Assembly (NCBI GenBank): GCA_002269645.1
Contig: NIVC01001659.1
Location: forward strand, 1 to 64,000
DNA: 64,000 nt
Direction: 5' to 3'
DNA from: Macrostomum lignano
Taxonomy: Eukaryota
Numbering within the stretch: position 1 is the stretch's first letter; each line of letters opens with the position of its first letter. Below, piece after piece: positions 60,401 through 64,000 of this stretch. A program made the position numbers and the translations under genes. The notes below the pieces were generated by a model. That model ran no database searches, had not been told where the DNA came from, and saw nothing but the letters and a program-made list of their open reading frames with translations.

Positions 60401-62469
60401 AGAGGTTAACTCAAGCTTATCAGAGGTTGACTCAAGCTTATCAGAGGTTAACTCAAGCTTATCAGAGGTTGACTCAAGCTTATCAGAGGTTGACTCAAGC
60501 TTATCAGAGGTTGACTCAAGCTTATCAGAGGTTGACTCAAGCTTATCAGAGGTTAACTCAAGCTTATCAGAGGTTAACTCAAGCTTATCAGAGGTTGACT
60601 CAAGCTTATCAGAGGTTGACTCAAGCTTATCAGAGGTTAACTCAAGCTTATCAGAGGTTAACTCAAGCTTATCAGAGGTTAACTCAAGCTTATCAGAGGT
60701 TAACTCAAGCTTATCAGAGGTTAACTCAAGCTTATCAGAGGTTGACTCAAGCTTATCAGAGGTTAACTCAAGCTTATCAGAGGTTGACTCAAGCTTATCA
60801 GAGGTTAACTCAAGCTTATCAGAGGTTAACTCGCAAGTTTGCAAAATTTGCGGCGTTCCTAGAAAGGAAGCAAAGTTCCCGGCTCTCTTAGAAAATCTCG
60901 ACCTAATTTTTTACGGTCATATTTCAACTATACTCTAAAAGTACAAAAATACCCCCGCGCAGGCATTCACTTCTACACGCTGAACCGGGACGCGGCGACC
61001 ATCCGCATTTTGAAAAACATCGGGCTCTGGCGCGAGGATCTGCCTCGGCCGTTGCCATGGCAACCGTCCGCCAATTACGAGCGCTGCGCCGAGGCCGTGC
61101 GACCCGTGTTCTGGTCCCGGCGGCCCACCAGCTACGTGCACCGGACCCGGCACTGGGATGATTATCCCCACGGCCGGTGGGGCTCCGAGTGTGCCGAGAT
61201 TGGCGAGCTCAGGGACTATTATTTGTTTTACCTGACTGGTGAGTCCGGCCGGGTTCGAACCCTGGGTCAGTCAGTCAGTCAGTCAGTCAGTCAGTCAGTC
61301 AGTCAGTCAGTCAGTCAGTCAGTCAGTCAGTCAGTCAGTCAGTCAGTCAGTCAGTCAGTCAGTCAGTCAGTCAGTCAGTCAGTCAGTCAGTCAGTCAGTC
61401 AGTCAGTCAGTCAGTCAGTCAGTCAGTCAGTCAGTCAGTCAGTCAGTCAGTTAGCCACCGCCATCCCGCAGTCCGCGCCAGCAAGCAGGAGCGGCTCCGC
61501 ATGTGGGGCAGCGAGCCAACCAGCGAGCCGGACATCTGGCGGGTGTTCGCCAGCCACCTGTCCGGGAAACCAGTCAGCCCGGACGGTGTCCGAGTCACCC
61601 GGCTGCCCTGGGGCGACGAGGAGCCGCTGCCGTCTTCGTCGGAGTCCAACGAGGCGGCGGAGGCGCGGCAGCGGCTGGCCGGTCTGAGCGAGCGCGGCCT
61701 GCTGGCCACCAACCACCTGCTGCGGGTGAACGGCGCCAGCAGCGACCACCCGGTGCACGGCTGGGGCGGCTCCGGCGGCTTCGTGTACCAGCGAGCCTAC
61801 CTGGAGTTTTTCCTGCCCGGCCGCCGGCTGCCAGCGCTGCAGGTGAGCCGCGGCAGTTCGAGCTCGGCTGAGCAGGGCAGTGCTGAGTCTGAACTCGGCC
61901 AGTTTATCTGAGTGTCTGAACTCGGCCAGTTTATCTGAGTGTCTGAACTCAGCCAGTTTATCTGAGTGTCTGAACTCGGCCAGTTTATCTGAGTGTCTGA
62001 ACTCGGCTAGTCAAGGATTTTAAGCAAATCTCAGCAGCTATCTCAGGTTCGAATCCCACTTTTTGACGCATCTTCACCTCCCCTGCAGTCGGCACTGAGC
62101 AGCCACGGTGGCGGCCGCGTGAGCTTCCACATCGCCGACCGGTCGGGCAACGTCAACTTGGCGAACTTCTCGGAGCCCATCGCCCTCACCTGGGGCGTCT
62201 TCCCCGCCTCGGAGGTCGCTCAGCCCACCGTCTGCGACGGCGCCGCCTTCCTGGCCTGGCGGGACGAGGCCTTCGCCCTGTGGACGGAGGAGTGGGGCCG
62301 CCTGTACGAGGAGGGCTCGCCGAGCCGCCGCCTGATCGAGTCGGTGGCCGAGACCTACCTGCTGGTGGCGCTGGTGGACAATGACTTCACTGAGGACAGC
62401 GTCTTGTGGGACCTGACTGACCAGGTGGCCCGGGCGGCCGACGGCTCGGACGAGGTGGAGCTCGCTTGA
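57455..62469 (+). CDS. MTHFR: Methylenetetrahydrofolate reductase (eukaryotic type, catalytic and regulatory domains), 6 exons, 656 aa
   Basis: Exons 57455-57760, 58319-58657, 59829-60126, 60963-61238, 61472-61842 and 62089-62469 (1971 nt, GT-AG, in phase). Motifs: [137 protein letters not shown]. The first ATG could instead be 57485. Confidence 0.96.
57865..58210. repeat. Degenerate ~18-bp repeat (CCATGGCGCCTTGTGTCT) in MTHFR intron 1
   Basis: Directly visible. Confidence 0.8.
58765..59545. repeat. 16-bp polypyrimidine minisatellite (CCTTCTCCCCTTCCTC) in MTHFR intron 2
   Basis: Directly visible. Confidence 0.95.
60295..60832. repeat. 21-bp minisatellite (GACTCAAGCTTATCAGAGGTT) in MTHFR intron 3
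   Basis: Directly visible. Confidence 0.95.
61267..61450. repeat. (TCAG)n microsatellite filling MTHFR intron 4
   Basis: Directly visible. Confidence 0.98.
61885..62005. repeat. 27-bp repeat (GTCTGAACTCGGCCAGTTTATCTGAGT x ~4) in MTHFR intron 5
   Basis: Directly visible. Confidence 0.9.
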
Positions 62470-62477
62470 AAGCTTGT

Positions 62478-63470
62478 TCACCTGGGCTGGCTCACCTGGG
62501 CTGGCTCACCTGGGCTGGCTCACCTGGGCTGGCTCACCTGGGCTGGCTCACCTGGGCTGGCTCACCTGGGCTGACTCACCTGGGCTGGCTCACCTGGGCT
62601 TGCTCACCTGGGCTAGCTCACCTGGGCTGGCTCACCTGGGCTGGCACACCTGGGCTGACTCACCTGGGCTGGCTCACTTGGGCTGGCTCACTTGAAGGCT
62701 AGCTCACCTGAGGGTTAGCTCACATGAGGGTTAGCTCACCTGAGGGTTAGCTCACATGAGGGCTATCTCACCTGAGGGCTAGCTCATCTGAGGGTTAGCT
62801 CACCTGAGGGTTAGCTCACCTGAGGGTTAGCTCACCTGAGGGTTAGCTCACCTGAGGGTTAGCTCACCTGAGGGTTAGCTCACCTGAGGGTTAGCTCACC
62901 TGAGGGTTAGCTCACCTGAGGGTTAGCTCACCTGAGGGTTAGCTCACCTGAGGGTTAGCTCACCTGAGGGTTAGCTCACCTGAGGGTTAGCTCACCTGAG
63001 GGTTAGCTCACCTGAGGGTTAGCTCACCTGAGGGTTAGCTCACCTGAGGGTTAGCTCACCTGAGGGTTAGCTCACCTGAGGGTTAGCTCACCTGAGGGTT
63101 AGCTCACCTGAGGGTTAGCTCACCTGAGGGTTAGCTCACCTGAGGGTTAGCTCACCTGAGGGTTAGCTCACCTGAGGGTTAGCTCACCTGAGGGTTAGCT
63201 CACCTGAGGGTTAGCTCACCTGAGGGTTAGCTCACCTGAGGGTTAGCTCACCTGAGGGTTAGCTCACCTGAGGGTTAGCTCACCTGAGGGTTAGCTCACC
63301 TGAGGGTTAGCTCACCTGAGGGTTAGCTCACCTGAGGGTTAGCTCACCTGAGGGTTAGCTCACCTGAGGGTTAGCTCACCTGAGGGTTAGCTCACCTGAG
63401 GGTTAGCTCACCTGAGGGTTAGCTCACATGAGGGTTAGCTCACCTGAGGGTTAGCTCACATGAGGGCTAA
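62478..63470. repeat. 14-bp (CACCTGGGCTGGCT) array changing into a 16-bp (CACCTGAGGGTTAGCT) array just after the MTHFR stop
   Basis: Directly visible; the switch is at ~62695. Confidence 0.95.
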
Positions 63471-63701
63471 CTAGCGAGAATAGGACTACGTAACTCTGTT
63501 TTGTTTCAATTTTTATGATTTATTGTATATTTTGCAAATTTTAAAGGCCACGATAAGTTTTAATCAAGCGTGTTACGTGCTGCGATTCATGACGAATTTG
63601 TTTGCAATTTTTCCATTTTGTATATATACTTGCACTTTTAACTTGTGCCTTAGCGACGTGCTGATTCAAGTTCGGGATCGAACGCTCGTTTTTTCTTTTT
63701 T

Positions 63702-64000
63702 CAGTCAGTCAGTCAGTCAGTCAGTCAGTCAGTCAGTCAGTCAGTCAGTCAGTCAGTCAGTCAGGCAGTCAGTCAGTCAGTCAGTCAGTCAGTCAGTCAG
63801 TCAGTCAGTCAGTCAGTCAGTCAGTCAGTCAGGCAGTCAGTCAGTCAGTCAGTCAGTCAGTCAGTCAGTCAGTCAGTCAGTCAGTCAGTCAGTCAGTCAG
63901 TCAGTCAGTCAGGCAGTCAGTCAGTCAGTCAGTCAGTCAGTCAGTCAGTCAGTCAGTCAGTTAGTCAGTCAGTCAGTCAGTCAGTCAGGCAGGCAGTCAG
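63702..64000. repeat. (TCAG)n microsatellite running to the window end
   Basis: Directly visible. Confidence 0.98.

Overview
Eukaryotic (metazoan) genomic DNA with GC-rich exons, GT-AG introns and an unusually high density of unrelated minisatellites. The style resembles the flatworm Macrostomum lignano, but that is inference only. I rebuilt ten protein-coding loci by hand: a frameshifted last exon of a GST (+); two tandem secreted His-rich repeat proteins (-); an RPA43/POLR1F-like gene (+); a 4-exon NEMP/TMEM194 gene (+); an 11-exon INPP5A-like gene (-); a head-to-head pair of cholinesterase-like membrane proteins with Asp in place of the catalytic Ser (-/+); an orphan Cys-rich, probably GPI-anchored protein (+); and a 6-exon MTHFR (+). 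Mobile DNA includes a scrambled LINE remnant, a tRNA-derived SINE, several MITEs (two with visible TSDs) and Helitron-like/GA-rich composite repeats. Most long ORFs in the supplied track are artefacts of tandem repeats. The best candidates for new biology are (1) the secreted poly-His/Asp protein pair at 2.4-6.0 kb, (2) the palindromic, partly homogenised Asp-nucleophile cholinesterase-like pair at 35.6-39.9 kb, (3) the orphan two-domain Cys-rich protein at 45-46 kb, and (4) minisatellites apparently seeded from splice sites and start/stop codons. No database searches were run; all homology calls come from remembered family motifs.
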